From positions 1 to 39,092 of the forward strand of contig JAJYXH010000075.1 of assembly GCA_021791075.1 (NCBI GenBank): a stretch of DNA of 39,092 nt. The letters run 5' to 3'. Under the pieces are notes generated by a model. The model was not told the DNA's origin, searched no databases, and saw only the letters and a list, made by a program, of their open reading frames with translations. Below, in pieces: positions 1 through 8,120 of this stretch (its first letter is position 1; each line of letters starts with the position of its first letter). This DNA is from Candidatus Micrarchaeota archaeon. GTDB lineage: Archaea; Micrarchaeota; Micrarchaeia; Micrarchaeales; CABMGC01. The position numbers were made by a program, and so were the translations under genes.

Positions 1-2
1 TT

Positions 3-170
3 GCAAGGTCTTTGTTGACTCTGGTCACCACCCTCGGGTTCGCCCTCTTATTGGGCTTTCCCATACTGAAACAGTCAGTCGAAAAGGATAAGGACTTAAC
101 GTCGTTCAGGAATTATGAGATGAAGCCACTACGAGGAAAAGGTATAAAATTACGTCGTGCTAAAGTTTGA
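3..170 (+). CDS. 3' end of a membrane protein running in from the left edge (…ARSLLTLVTTLGFALLLGFPILKQ…RRAKV*)
   Basis: Frame open from position 3 to TGA at 168-170; hydrophobic stretch then charged tail; partial. Confidence 0.45.
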   Translation, partial: ARSLLTLVTTLGFALLLGFPILKQSVEKDKDLTSFRNYEMKPLRGKGIKLRRAKV

Positions 171-223
171 AATAGTCACAAAAAATTACTTTCAATAGGA
201 TAAAAGCAAAGCTTGGTGCTGGG

Positions 224-1612
224 ATGCTATTCAAGAAGTTTCATATAGAAAGTCTTGACTATTACAAGAAATGGCTAGTGCTTGGTATAATAATAGGAAT
301 AATAGCGGGTCTTGTTTCCGTACTGTTTTATTATGCTACAGAAGCTTCTGAAAATTTCTTTATGCATTACGTGATGGGCTATAGCAGGCCCTTGCCTTTG
401 GGTGAAGGCGAAAACTTATCATATGTGTTTGCAATCATAAGGCCATATCTCATACCGATTTCAATCATACTGGGTGCGCTCATATCTGCATGGTTAGTAT
501 ATAGGTTTGCCCCTGAGACGGAAGGGCACGGGACGGACGCCGTAGTAAAAAGTTATCATGAAGGCAAGGTTATAAGGGCAAGGGTAAGCATAATAAAGTT
601 TGTTTCTGCATCGCTGCTAATAGGAAGCGGCGGCAGCGCTGGCAGGGAGGGCCCTATCGCCCAAATATCAGCTTCTACAATATCCAATATCTTCAAGCGT
701 ATAAAACTATCAAAGAGGGACAGACAGATAATACTTGCCGTTTCTATAGGCGCCGCCATAGGTAGCATCTTTAAATCTCCTTTTGGCGGTGCGCTCTTCG
801 GCGCAGAGGTGCTCTACAAGAGAGATATAGAAGGTGATGTTATATTTCCAGCTTTCGTGGCAAGCACCGTAGGTTTCATGGTTTACGGCGCTTTCGTGAA
901 CTACCTTCCGATGTTTGGCATTAACGCACTTTCGGCCTATGCTCAAACTATCATTTATACCCCTCTTGTTATACTTGGATTTGTCTTTTTGGGCTTGGTC
1001 TCTGGTGTTTTCGCAAAGGCATATGTGAAAATCTTCTATTTCTTCCACAGGAAAATCAAAGCGTTGAAGATGTCACGATATTTCAAGCCTGCACTAGGAG
1101 CAATAGGAACTGCGAGTATAGCATTGCTCTTTCCAGAGGTTATGGGTATCGGCTACGGCTGGGTGCAATTGATGATTTCGGGCAACCTGACGGCACTTCC
1201 TGATTTTCTAGGTCTATCTACTCTGCTTTTTGTTTTTGTGCTTATTTTTGCAAAGATATTTGCAACATCATTCTCAATAAGCTCTGGAGGGAGCGGAGGG
1301 GTATATGCACCTGGTATATTCATAGGTGCGTCTGTCGGCCTGTTCACTTTTCTCCTCTTGAACATGGCAAGTCCGCAAGTGTTCGGTCTCGCAATACTGA
1401 CACCTTTCGTTATTGTCGGCATGCTTTCACTTTTTGGCGCAGCGAGCAAGGCACCTATCGCAGTAGCAATAATGGTCGTTGAGATGACAGGAAGCATATT
1501 GATAATACCGGTTGCAATGATATCTATAGCGATAGCATACGCGCTGAGCGGCAACGATACGATATACATTTCACAAAAGGAAAGAAGGAAATTCAAAAGC
1601 ACAAAGCATTAG
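224..1612 (+). CDS. CLC-family chloride channel / Cl-/H+ antiporter, no CBS domains
   Basis: Motifs GHGTD, GSGGSAGREGP (gating Glu), ALFGAE, GGSGGVYAP and C-terminal IY; many TM helices. Confidence 0.92.
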   Translation: MLFKKFHIESLDYYKKWLVLGIIIGIIAGLVSVLFYYATEASENFFMHYVMGYSRPLPLGEGENLSYVFAIIRPYLIPISIILGALISAWLVYRFAPETEGHGTDAVVKSYHEGKVIRARVSIIKFVSASLLIGSGGSAGREGPIAQISASTISNIFKRIKLSKRDRQIILAVSIGAAIGSIFKSPFGGALFGAEVLYKRDIEGDVIFPAFVASTVGFMVYGAFVNYLPMFGINALSAYAQTIIYTPLVILGFVFLGLVSGVFAKAYVKIFYFFHRKIKALKMSRYFKPALGAIGTASIALLFPEVMGIGYGWVQLMISGNLTALPDFLGLSTLLFVFVLIFAKIFATSFSISSGGSGGVYAPGIFIGASVGLFTFLLLNMASPQVFGLAILTPFVIVGMLSLFGAASKAPIAVAIMVVEMTGSILIIPVAMISIAIAYALSGNDTIYISQKERRKFKSTKH

Positions 1613-1707
1613 CAACATGATTTCTATTTTGCAAATAACACTTTTGCTTTAGCAGTGCATTAGCTTACCTTAAATACCTGCAGTTGCTGCATAAAACACA
1701 TCATATA

Positions 1708-1782
1708 AGCCCCGAGAGGGATTCGAACCCTCGACTTCTAGTTTACGAAACTAGCGCTCTAACCGGGCTGAGCTACCGGGGC
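1708..1782 (-). tRNA. tRNA-Thr(CGT), intron-less, CCA not encoded
   Basis: Reverse complement GCCCCGGTAGCTCAGCCCGGTTAGAGCG-CTAGT-TTCGTAA-ACTAG-AAGTC-GAGGG-TTCGAAT-CCCTC-TCGGGGC-T folds as a cloverleaf. Confidence 0.96.
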
Positions 1783-1887
1783 ATATTGCCATGCGGTATA
1801 AATAGGTATATCAAAGATTAATAAAGTGTAATCATATAGTCTAAACGGCCTCTTTTTCGGCCATCAGCAGTAATTTACGGTGCAGTC

Positions 1888-4800
1888 ATGGTTAGGAACG
1901 CTTATTTCGCACAGATGCCTGGGAATCCGGGAGAGCAACCAGGAGCTCCAGGCGCTCCAGGCGCAATGCCCGGCCCGTCACAGCCTCCTTCTCGCCAGTT
2001 CCCGCAGCAGCAAGGCCCGATCCCAATAAAGGAGGGAGGCTCCGAGAAGCCCGACGAACTCGTCGAAGAGGTTAACAGGAAGGCCCACCAGAAGAAGATC
2101 GAGACCAAGCTTTTGTCGTATGCCGTAATCGCAATAATCATAGTCGCAGCCGGAGCCTACCTCATACCCCCTCTCCTAAAGCCATCGCCGGTCACCACAT
2201 CAACGACCACCGTTGCCCCGCAGATATTCAAGATATCATCCTGCACTGTCATCACCAAGAGCGGCACCTACTACATCACGGGCAACATCGACACGGCGAT
2301 CCAGAGCGGCTCGTGCATAGATATAATGAGTCCGAATGTCAAGCTTATAGGCAACGGGAACGGCATCCTCGGAAGCGGCCCGTTCGTGATAACGCCGCCT
2401 TTCTCCTACGGGATAAGGATTGACGACGCGAACAACGTCTCTCTCCAGGGGGTGAGCGTCTCAAGATTCTCGTACGATGTCTACCTTAACAGGTCATCGC
2501 AGTCTTCAATACTCAACAGCAGCATAAGGAACGGGACCGTCTCTGGAGTCTACCTAAATTCATCGGTGGGCGACACGCTTGCCAATGACAGCATCTCAGG
2601 GATATCGGGCCCGGCGGGGGCAATATCGCTTCAGGGCGGAGGAAGCTCAACCGTCACCAATGCGGTGATCCAGGGCAATGCATACTACGGTGTTGTCATA
2701 GCCTCAACGGGGAACAGGTTCTCGAAGCTCACCTTCCTAAACAACCCCGTCGACCTGATATGCTCGGGAATCGCAAGCTTCAGCTCGGAGAACAACTTCA
2801 CCGGCTCCACCTGCAGCGTAAACAAGTACTGCGAGTTCGCATACTGCTCAAAGGTCAACCTTCCGGCAAACATAAGCTCTATAACGCTCACAAGGCAGAT
2901 CACAGGATGCGGAGGCATAAGCTCCCCTGGCATCTACCAGGTCCAGACCAACCTCAACCTCTCATCCTACGCCAACGTCTCGGCATCCCCTTCTGTTGCA
3001 TGCATAACCATAACAGCTTCAAACGTAAGGCTGAACTGCAACAACAACGCGATACTCCACTCGGGCTACGGCGTCTCGATACCCTCTCTGGGAACCAGCC
3101 TCTACAACATCTCGATATCCAACTGCACGTTCGCCAACTACACCCACGCCATAAACGTCGGCCAGGTATTCGGATTCAACATAACAAACGTCCGTGCCTC
3201 GGGCGGCGGTGCGGCCATATACCTCCAGAACGGCACGCAGGGAACGGTCTCAAATTCCGTGCTCTCGAGGAACACGTACGGAATATACATCAACGGCACT
3301 TCAACCGGCATAACATTCAGCAACGTGACAGCTCAGGGCAACATCTACGGAGTCTACGCTGCCGCTGGCCAGGCCAACATATATACGCAGAGCAAGTTCG
3401 TCAACAACAGCAAGGAGGACCTGTACTGCACCGCGTCGCAGTACAACTCGCAGAGCAACATATTCGTCAACAACGAGTGCGGCACAACGGACTGCAACTG
3501 GGGAACAACATGCAAGACCCGCACCCTTCCTCCAATAAGCGTCTATCCGCTGAGCGGCTGCTCCACCATAGACACGCCGGGCAACTACTCTCTGAATGCC
3601 GACATAGACACGCAGGGCAACTGCTTCGCCATCAAGGCGAGCAACGTCAACCTCGCCTGCAACGGACATTACATAACGGGAGGTTTCGCAGGCAACGCGG
3701 TCTACGGGTCCGGGGTAAACAACATAACGTTCAACAATTGCAAGATCCAGAACTTCAACACCGCACTTAACTTCAGCAACTCCAACCATCTGAGCTTCAG
3801 TAACATCACAATAAACCAGTCCGGAACTTCAGTATCCATTACAAACAGCATATTCGACAGTATAGTAAAGGTCTCGTCAATACTCGGCGCCCACGGATTT
3901 GTGTTCAAGTACGTAAACGATTCCACTCTTACTAATGACTCGGCGATCTCGGGAAGGCAGAGCGCATCAGGATATCTGCTGAACTACTCATACAATAACC
4001 TAATTGCCTACGACGTCGCATCCTCAAACAATAATTACGGGTTCGCGTTCCTAAACTCAAGGAACAACCAGGTCTCCAACAACACCGCGCAGGGCAACCT
4101 GAAGAGCGACTACTACTGCTCAGCTAACTCCGGAGGACTCTACGCGCAGCAGGGTGGCATAAACAACGGGGTCAGCAAGCAGAACTGCATCTGGCTCGTC
4201 GAGGTGCAGCCCATACCCCAGCAGAACCTCTGCCAGTCTATAAGCAGCTCGGACATAATAACGCTTACCCAGGACATGGTATATCCATATGGCCACGCAT
4301 GCTACACGGTCTACAATACGAATTCCTCTAGCGGCAACGACACCGTGATAAACTGCATGGGACACACCATCTACGCCACGAGAGGCGGAACTTTCGTTGA
4401 CGACATCAACTCCAGCAACGTCCACGTCTCGAACTGCTACCTAAAGTACTTCACCAAGCCGATAATAGTCCAGGGCCCTAACGCGCAGATATACAACAAC
4501 ACTATCGGATCGTCGAACGCATCCATAAGCCTGATCAACGCGTTCAATCCAGTCGTGCGGACCAACAACATAACGAACGCCTCATACGGCATCTTCGTCC
4601 AGTCTGCCGACGACGGCCAGATAAAGAACAACATCCTGACCAATGCGAACATCAGCATCTCGGTGATCGGGTCTGCGAGCCTGCAGGTGCTTAACAATAC
4701 GGTGACCGGCGGATCGCTGGGTCTCTTCATGGAAAAATCGGATGAGATAGTCGTAGGATCAAACCATCTAACCCCTCCAACATCATCTGGAATAGTGTGC

Positions 4801-4911
4801 TCAACAGGATCCAAGAACACAAGCTCCTCGAATGTGGACTTCGGTGACAACGTCTGCTCCGGCAACCAGAACTGCAACTGGATGACCTCGTCGCCTCTGT
4901 GCAAGGTCTGA
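1888..4911 (+). CDS. Large membrane-anchored surface glycoprotein with four right-handed beta-helix (NosD/CASH-like) modules
   Basis: Pro/Gln-rich N-terminus, single TM (LLSYAVIAIIIVAAGAYLIP), repeated module starts ISSCTVITKSGTY / ITGCGGISSPGIY / LSGCSTIDTPGNY / CQSISSSDIITL, Asn-rich beta-helix rungs, many N-x-S/T sequons. Confidence 0.8.
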   Translation: MVRNAYFAQMPGNPGEQPGAPGAPGAMPGPSQPPSRQFPQQQGPIPIKEGGSEKPDELVEEVNRKAHQKKIETKLLSYAVIAIIIVAAGAYLIPPLLKPSPVTTSTTTVAPQIFKISSCTVITKSGTYYITGNIDTAIQSGSCIDIMSPNVKLIGNGNGILGSGPFVITPPFSYGIRIDDANNVSLQGVSVSRFSYDVYLNRSSQSSILNSSIRNGTVSGVYLNSSVGDTLANDSISGISGPAGAISLQGGGSSTVTNAVIQGNAYYGVVIASTGNRFSKLTFLNNPVDLICSGIASFSSENNFTGSTCSVNKYCEFAYCSKVNLPANISSITLTRQITGCGGISSPGIYQVQTNLNLSSYANVSASPSVACITITASNVRLNCNNNAILHSGYGVSIPSLGTSLYNISISNCTFANYTHAINVGQVFGFNITNVRASGGGAAIYLQNGTQGTVSNSVLSRNTYGIYINGTSTGITFSNVTAQGNIYGVYAAAGQANIYTQSKFVNNSKEDLYCTASQYNSQSNIFVNNECGTTDCNWGTTCKTRTLPPISVYPLSGCSTIDTPGNYSLNADIDTQGNCFAIKASNVNLACNGHYITGGFAGNAVYGSGVNNITFNNCKIQNFNTALNFSNSNHLSFSNITINQSGTSVSITNSIFDSIVKVSSILGAHGFVFKYVNDSTLTNDSAISGRQSASGYLLNYSYNNLIAYDVASSNNNYGFAFLNSRNNQVSNNTAQGNLKSDYYCSANSGGLYAQQGGINNGVSKQNCIWLVEVQPIPQQNLCQSISSSDIITLTQDMVYPYGHACYTVYNTNSSSGNDTVINCMGHTIYATRGGTFVDDINSSNVHVSNCYLKYFTKPIIVQGPNAQIYNNTIGSSNASISLINAFNPVVRTNNITNASYGIFVQSADDGQIKNNILTNANISISVIGSASLQVLNNTVTGGSLGLFMEKSDEIVVGSNHLTPPTSSGIVCSTGSKNTSSSNVDFGDNVCSGNQNCNWMTSSPLCKV
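4607..4911 (+). repeat. Direct repeat copy 1: 3' 305 bp of the surface-protein gene (copy 2 at 7214-7518)
   Basis: Identical apart from about 4 substitutions and the last codons (CKV* vs CKA*); offset 2607 bp. Confidence 0.95.
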
Positions 4912-4938
4912 CTCGCCCTCTGCATCTGCACCACAAGA

Positions 4939-5451
4939 TTATTTGGGCTTATTGACGTAGTTCCTGTAGTAGGAATAGAGTGCTATGGTCTTGAGGTCTA
5001 TTATCTCGTTTTTCCTGATCATCGAGTCGAACTTTCTCATACTGACCCATCTCGAACTTATTATCTCGGTAGGATCAAGTTTCTTCCTGCCCTTTCTGAC
5101 TCCCTCAACAAGATAGAAATGGAACATGCTCTTTATCCTTCCAGGAGCCTCGTAGGCCTTGAACATCTTCCTGATCCTGACAGGCGCATATCCGGTCTCC
5201 TCTTCGAGCTCCCTTCTTGCTGCTGCATCCGGCCTCTCCCCATCATCGACAACGCCTGCGGGAAGTTCGTATATGTGCTCCTTTAACGCATGCCTGTACT
5301 GTTTCTCCAACAGTATTCTGCCCTTGTCAATGACCAGGGTAACTACGACATCCGGTCCAACTATCCTGAGGTACTCCTCCTTCCTGCCGTTGACTGTAAA
5401 GGGGGTCAGTTCCACTCTAAATCCGTACTTGTTGAAAAGTGTCTTTATCAT
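4939..5451 (-). CDS. NUDIX hydrolase (ADP-ribose pyrophosphatase-like)
   Basis: Nudix box [30 protein letters not shown] motif. Confidence 0.9.
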   Translation of the reverse strand: MIKTLFNKYGFRVELTPFTVNGRKEEYLRIVGPDVVVTLVIDKGRILLEKQYRHALKEHIYELPAGVVDDGERPDAAARRELEEETGYAPVRIRKMFKAYEAPGRIKSMFHFYLVEGVRKGRKKLDPTEIISSRWVSMRKFDSMIRKNEIIDLKTIALYSYYRNYVNKPK

Positions 5452-5500
5452 AGACGCATTATGGGGCGATAACGTACTTATATTATATGATCGGACTGGC

Positions 5501-6109
5501 TTATTTATAAAGAGAAACGAATCTCGTAATTATCGAGTTGAACTCGTCCGGCCGGTCGATGTAGGGTCTGTGGCCCGCCCCCTCTATTATCCTGGTCTCG
5601 CCGATTCTCCTGAAACGCAGCTCGTCGCCATGCACATCCCTTATGACGTCGTCCTCCGATCCCCAGATTGCGATGACCCTGGTCTTTATCGAGTCGAGCC
5701 TGACCGCATCAAGATCAACAGGCGCAACGGCTATCACTCCCTTCAGGAGCCTGCCGTGCTTCTCCGCGAATTTGAGGGCCAGATATCCACTTCCGCTTGT
5801 CCCCAGCAGGAAGAGCTCCTTCTGCCGCGCCTTCTCCCTTATGAATCCCAGCAGCGCATCGAAGATGTCCGTTTCGGCCACATTCCTGCCGCTCTCCGTC
5901 ACGCTTCTGCTCTTGGGGAACCCGGGAACGTCCATCGCGTATACGTTGATGCTGGCTTCGTTCAGCTCCGCGATCGTCTTCGACTCTATCCATATGTCCG
6001 AGTCCCAGTTGTAGCCGTGCATGAGTATTACGGCCTTGTTGCCTCCGGCAGGAGCTTCCAGGTAGAAGAGCCTGCAGCCATTTAGGTCGATATTTTCTTT
6101 GCGTATCAC
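5501..6109 (-). CDS. Alpha/beta hydrolase (ABHD14-like)
   Basis: LMHG oxyanion motif, DVPGF, GTSGSG nucleophile elbow, WGSEDD, GAGH; GTG start. Confidence 0.85.
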   Translation of the reverse strand: MIRKENIDLNGCRLFYLEAPAGGNKAVILMHGYNWDSDIWIESKTIAELNEASINVYAMDVPGFPKSRSVTESGRNVAETDIFDALLGFIREKARQKELFLLGTSGSGYLALKFAEKHGRLLKGVIAVAPVDLDAVRLDSIKTRVIAIWGSEDDVIRDVHGDELRFRRIGETRIIEGAGHRPYIDRPDEFNSIITRFVSLYK

Positions 6110-6209
6110 TTATATCCCGCATTGCATGACGTATGGGCAAGCTGCTGCCCGTATCCTTACAATATCATCAATACTTGCCTGATTTATATATGGACATGCA
6201 ATAATCCTT

Positions 6210-6549
6210 ATGGATAAGAGATCCCCGTCATAATAAACACCGATCCGGGGCATGACGACGCAGCAGCTATAATGCTGGCCGTGAAGTCGGGCATGCTGGA
6301 CGTGAAGGCTGTTACCACGTCTGCCGGAAATTCAACCGTTGCCAACACGACCAGGAATGCAAGGTACATAATGCGCATTCTCGGGCGCGAGGACATACCC
6401 GTCTACTCTGGGGCATCAAAGCCCCTGAAGCGCAGCCTGATACGCGCAAAGGTGCACGGACCAAGCGGGCTCGCGGGAATAGCTCCCAGGAACAAGGCGC
6501 TGCTCAATGGCGAGGCTGTCGATAGAATCATATCGATCGTAAGGAAGAA
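6210..6549 (+). pseudogene. Inosine/uridine-preferring nucleoside hydrolase, frameshifted and truncated
   Basis: ATG at 6210 is out of frame with IPVIINTDPGHDDAAAIMLA…GN…VHGPSGL; similarity ends near 6549 where an AT-rich tract starts. Confidence 0.8.
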
Positions 6550-6969
6550 ATGTCAAGAACAAAAGGTCTCGAGCTATCAGCAGCAGTGGTAACAGAATCG
6601 GTTATAGGAAGAGTTTGTTTTAGAAATTTTGATAATAGCTACTCGCTTCAAAGTAAAACACTAGTAGAGAGATTAGGAGAGAAACCCTTACCCACGTCAA
6701 ACTATTATTAAGGCGCACAATGTTGCGAGTCACAAAGTTGCATCATTTCACCATATTTGTATCCATTCCGATTAAATATTTAAGCACTTTTTCCTCGAAT
6801 TATTTGCCAAATCATTCTTTGGTATCTTTTATGGTGCACAACACCCTGCAGCCTTCATTATATTCCATTTTAGCACTTATACTAACATTTTTCTTCCTTT
6901 TAAACCTTTCCTGTCGAATAAAACACCGGAATACAATCTGGTAAAACGGACATAAAAGGCTTTGTTGGC

Positions 6970-7218
6970 CTAATCCTTCGCCTTTGCCTTGATCGCCGAG
7001 ATCTCGTCCAGCAGGTCCCCCGACTCGTTGTCGAGAAGGTCGGTGAACTTGTACATTAGGGCCCTCTCGTTCTCGTCGTTCATGAAGGTGTACAGCGTCT
7101 CGTTCTCCTTCACTTGTCTGCCGAAAGCGATATCCTCTATCGAGATCGCAACGCTCTTGCCGACCTTGGCCTCCTTCAGGCTTAGCGCATTGTCCTGCAT
7201 CTCCTTGACCCTCCCGAC
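6970..7218 (-). pseudogene. infB: Orphan 3' fragment of infB/aIF5B (diverged second copy of 10543-10791)
   Basis: Colinear with no indels (offset 3573); 59/76 aa identical over MQDN…end. Confidence 0.92.
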
Positions 7219-7518
7219 GACGGCCAGATAAAGAACAACATCCTGACCAATGCGAACATCAGCATCTCGGTGATCGGGTCTGCGAGCCTGCAGGTGCTTA
7301 ACAATACGGTGACCGGCGGATCGCTGGGTCTCTTCATGGAAAAATCGGATGAGATAGTCGTAGGATCAAACCATCTAACCCCTCCAACATCATCGGGAAT
7401 AGTGTGCCCAACAGGATCCAAGAACACAAGCTCCTCGAATGTGGACTCCGGTGACAACGTCTGCTCCGGCAACCAGAACTGCAACTGGATGACCTCGTCG
7501 CCCCTGTGCAAGGCTTAG
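7214..7518 (+). repeat. Direct repeat copy 2: orphan 3' end of the surface-protein gene
   Basis: Near-identical to 4607-4911; joined to the infB fragment through shared CCGAC at 7214-7218. Confidence 0.95.
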
Positions 7519-7685
7519 ATCTGGGCCATCAGCGGAGCTATGACATATACTACGAGGAAGGTTACCGGTACAGATAGCACGAATGAGAGCAGCACCTGGT
7601 TTACAGTATGCCGCCTCAGCCGCACCCTTGCTATGCCCACTATGGCAGCGAGCAGCAGCATGCCTGCCAAGCTTCCTGCCAGGCC
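7515..7685 (-). pseudogene. C-terminal fragment of a PAP2-family membrane phosphatase
   Basis: Manual translation GLAGSLAGMLLLAAIVGIARVRLRRHTVNQVLLSFVLSVPVTFLVVYVIAPLMAQI*; matches PAP2 motif 3 (S/A)RxxxxxHxxx(D/Q); in-frame TGA immediately upstream. Confidence 0.65.
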
Positions 7686-7763
7686 TCACGAAGAAGTAGT
7701 GACAGCCATGGCTGCCTCCTCTCCTTATTCTATTTCCATCCATCCTCCCACCGATTAACAGGA

Positions 7764-7889
7764 TCAGTCAGCGTATACGACTCTCCACGAGTTCTCTCCG
7801 TCAGGCACAAGCTTCACGGGCCTCCGGTCATCCTCCGTAGGCACGTACTCCTTTATCCGGGATCCAAAGACTCTGTTCCATATTGTCAT
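7764..7889 (-). CDS. Small ORF, 41 aa (MTIWNRVFGSRIKEYVPTEDDRRPVKLVPDGENSWRVVYAD)
   Basis: Manual translation; GGAGAG just upstream of the ATG; 12 nt downstream of the 38-aa ORF. An alternative 24-aa frame overlaps it. Confidence 0.45.
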   Translation of the reverse strand: MTIWNRVFGSRIKEYVPTEDDRRPVKLVPDGENSWRVVYAD

Positions 7890-7901
7890 TCTCTCCACTC
7901 A

Positions 7902-8018
7902 TTAAGCGTTAACTGGGGTTGCGGGCCGGGCTGGAATCGGTGCTGCTAGTTGGGTTGTCTGGGGGTTCAGTCTAACCACAGAATTAGATACAGTATCAAT
8001 CTGGTTTCCCGATCCCAT
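7902..8018 (-). CDS. Small ORF, 38 aa (MGSGNQIDTVSNSVVRLNPQTTQLAAPIPARPATPVNA)
   Basis: Manual translation; first ORF of any length after TATA box TATATAAA (8062-8055). Confidence 0.45.
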   Translation of the reverse strand: MGSGNQIDTVSNSVVRLNPQTTQLAAPIPARPATPVNA

Positions 8019-8054
8019 GCATCCCGACCCGTGACAATATTATGGGTCTGGTCA

Positions 8055-8110
8055 TTTATATATTCTACCATATTTGAGATATTATTTACACGGTTTTAAG
8101 GTTCTGTAAA
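8055..8110 (-). promoter_or_regulatory. TATA box (8062-8055) plus upstream palindrome TTTACA-N14-TGTAAA (8085-8110)
   Basis: The same palindrome recurs at 9446-9471 with the same 23-nt offset from a TATA box. Confidence 0.65.
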
Positions 8111-8120
8111 CGCCTTCGCC

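Noticed and set aside
224..1612. Fluoride-specific CLC-F
   Set aside because: Has GHGTD and GREGP rather than the GNNLI and GREGT signatures
2760..3770. 336-aa alternative-frame ORF inside the surface gene, and similar long shadow ORFs (5159-6085, 20795-22384, 30384-31256, 36014-36766)
   Set aside because: They overlap well-supported genes and have the Arg/Gln/His/Pro-rich composition expected from GC3-biased shadow frames; no motifs
7764..8018. RiPP precursor cluster
   Set aside because: No radical SAM, YcaO, lanthionine synthetase or peptidase-ABC gene nearby; kept only as unmodified small ORFs
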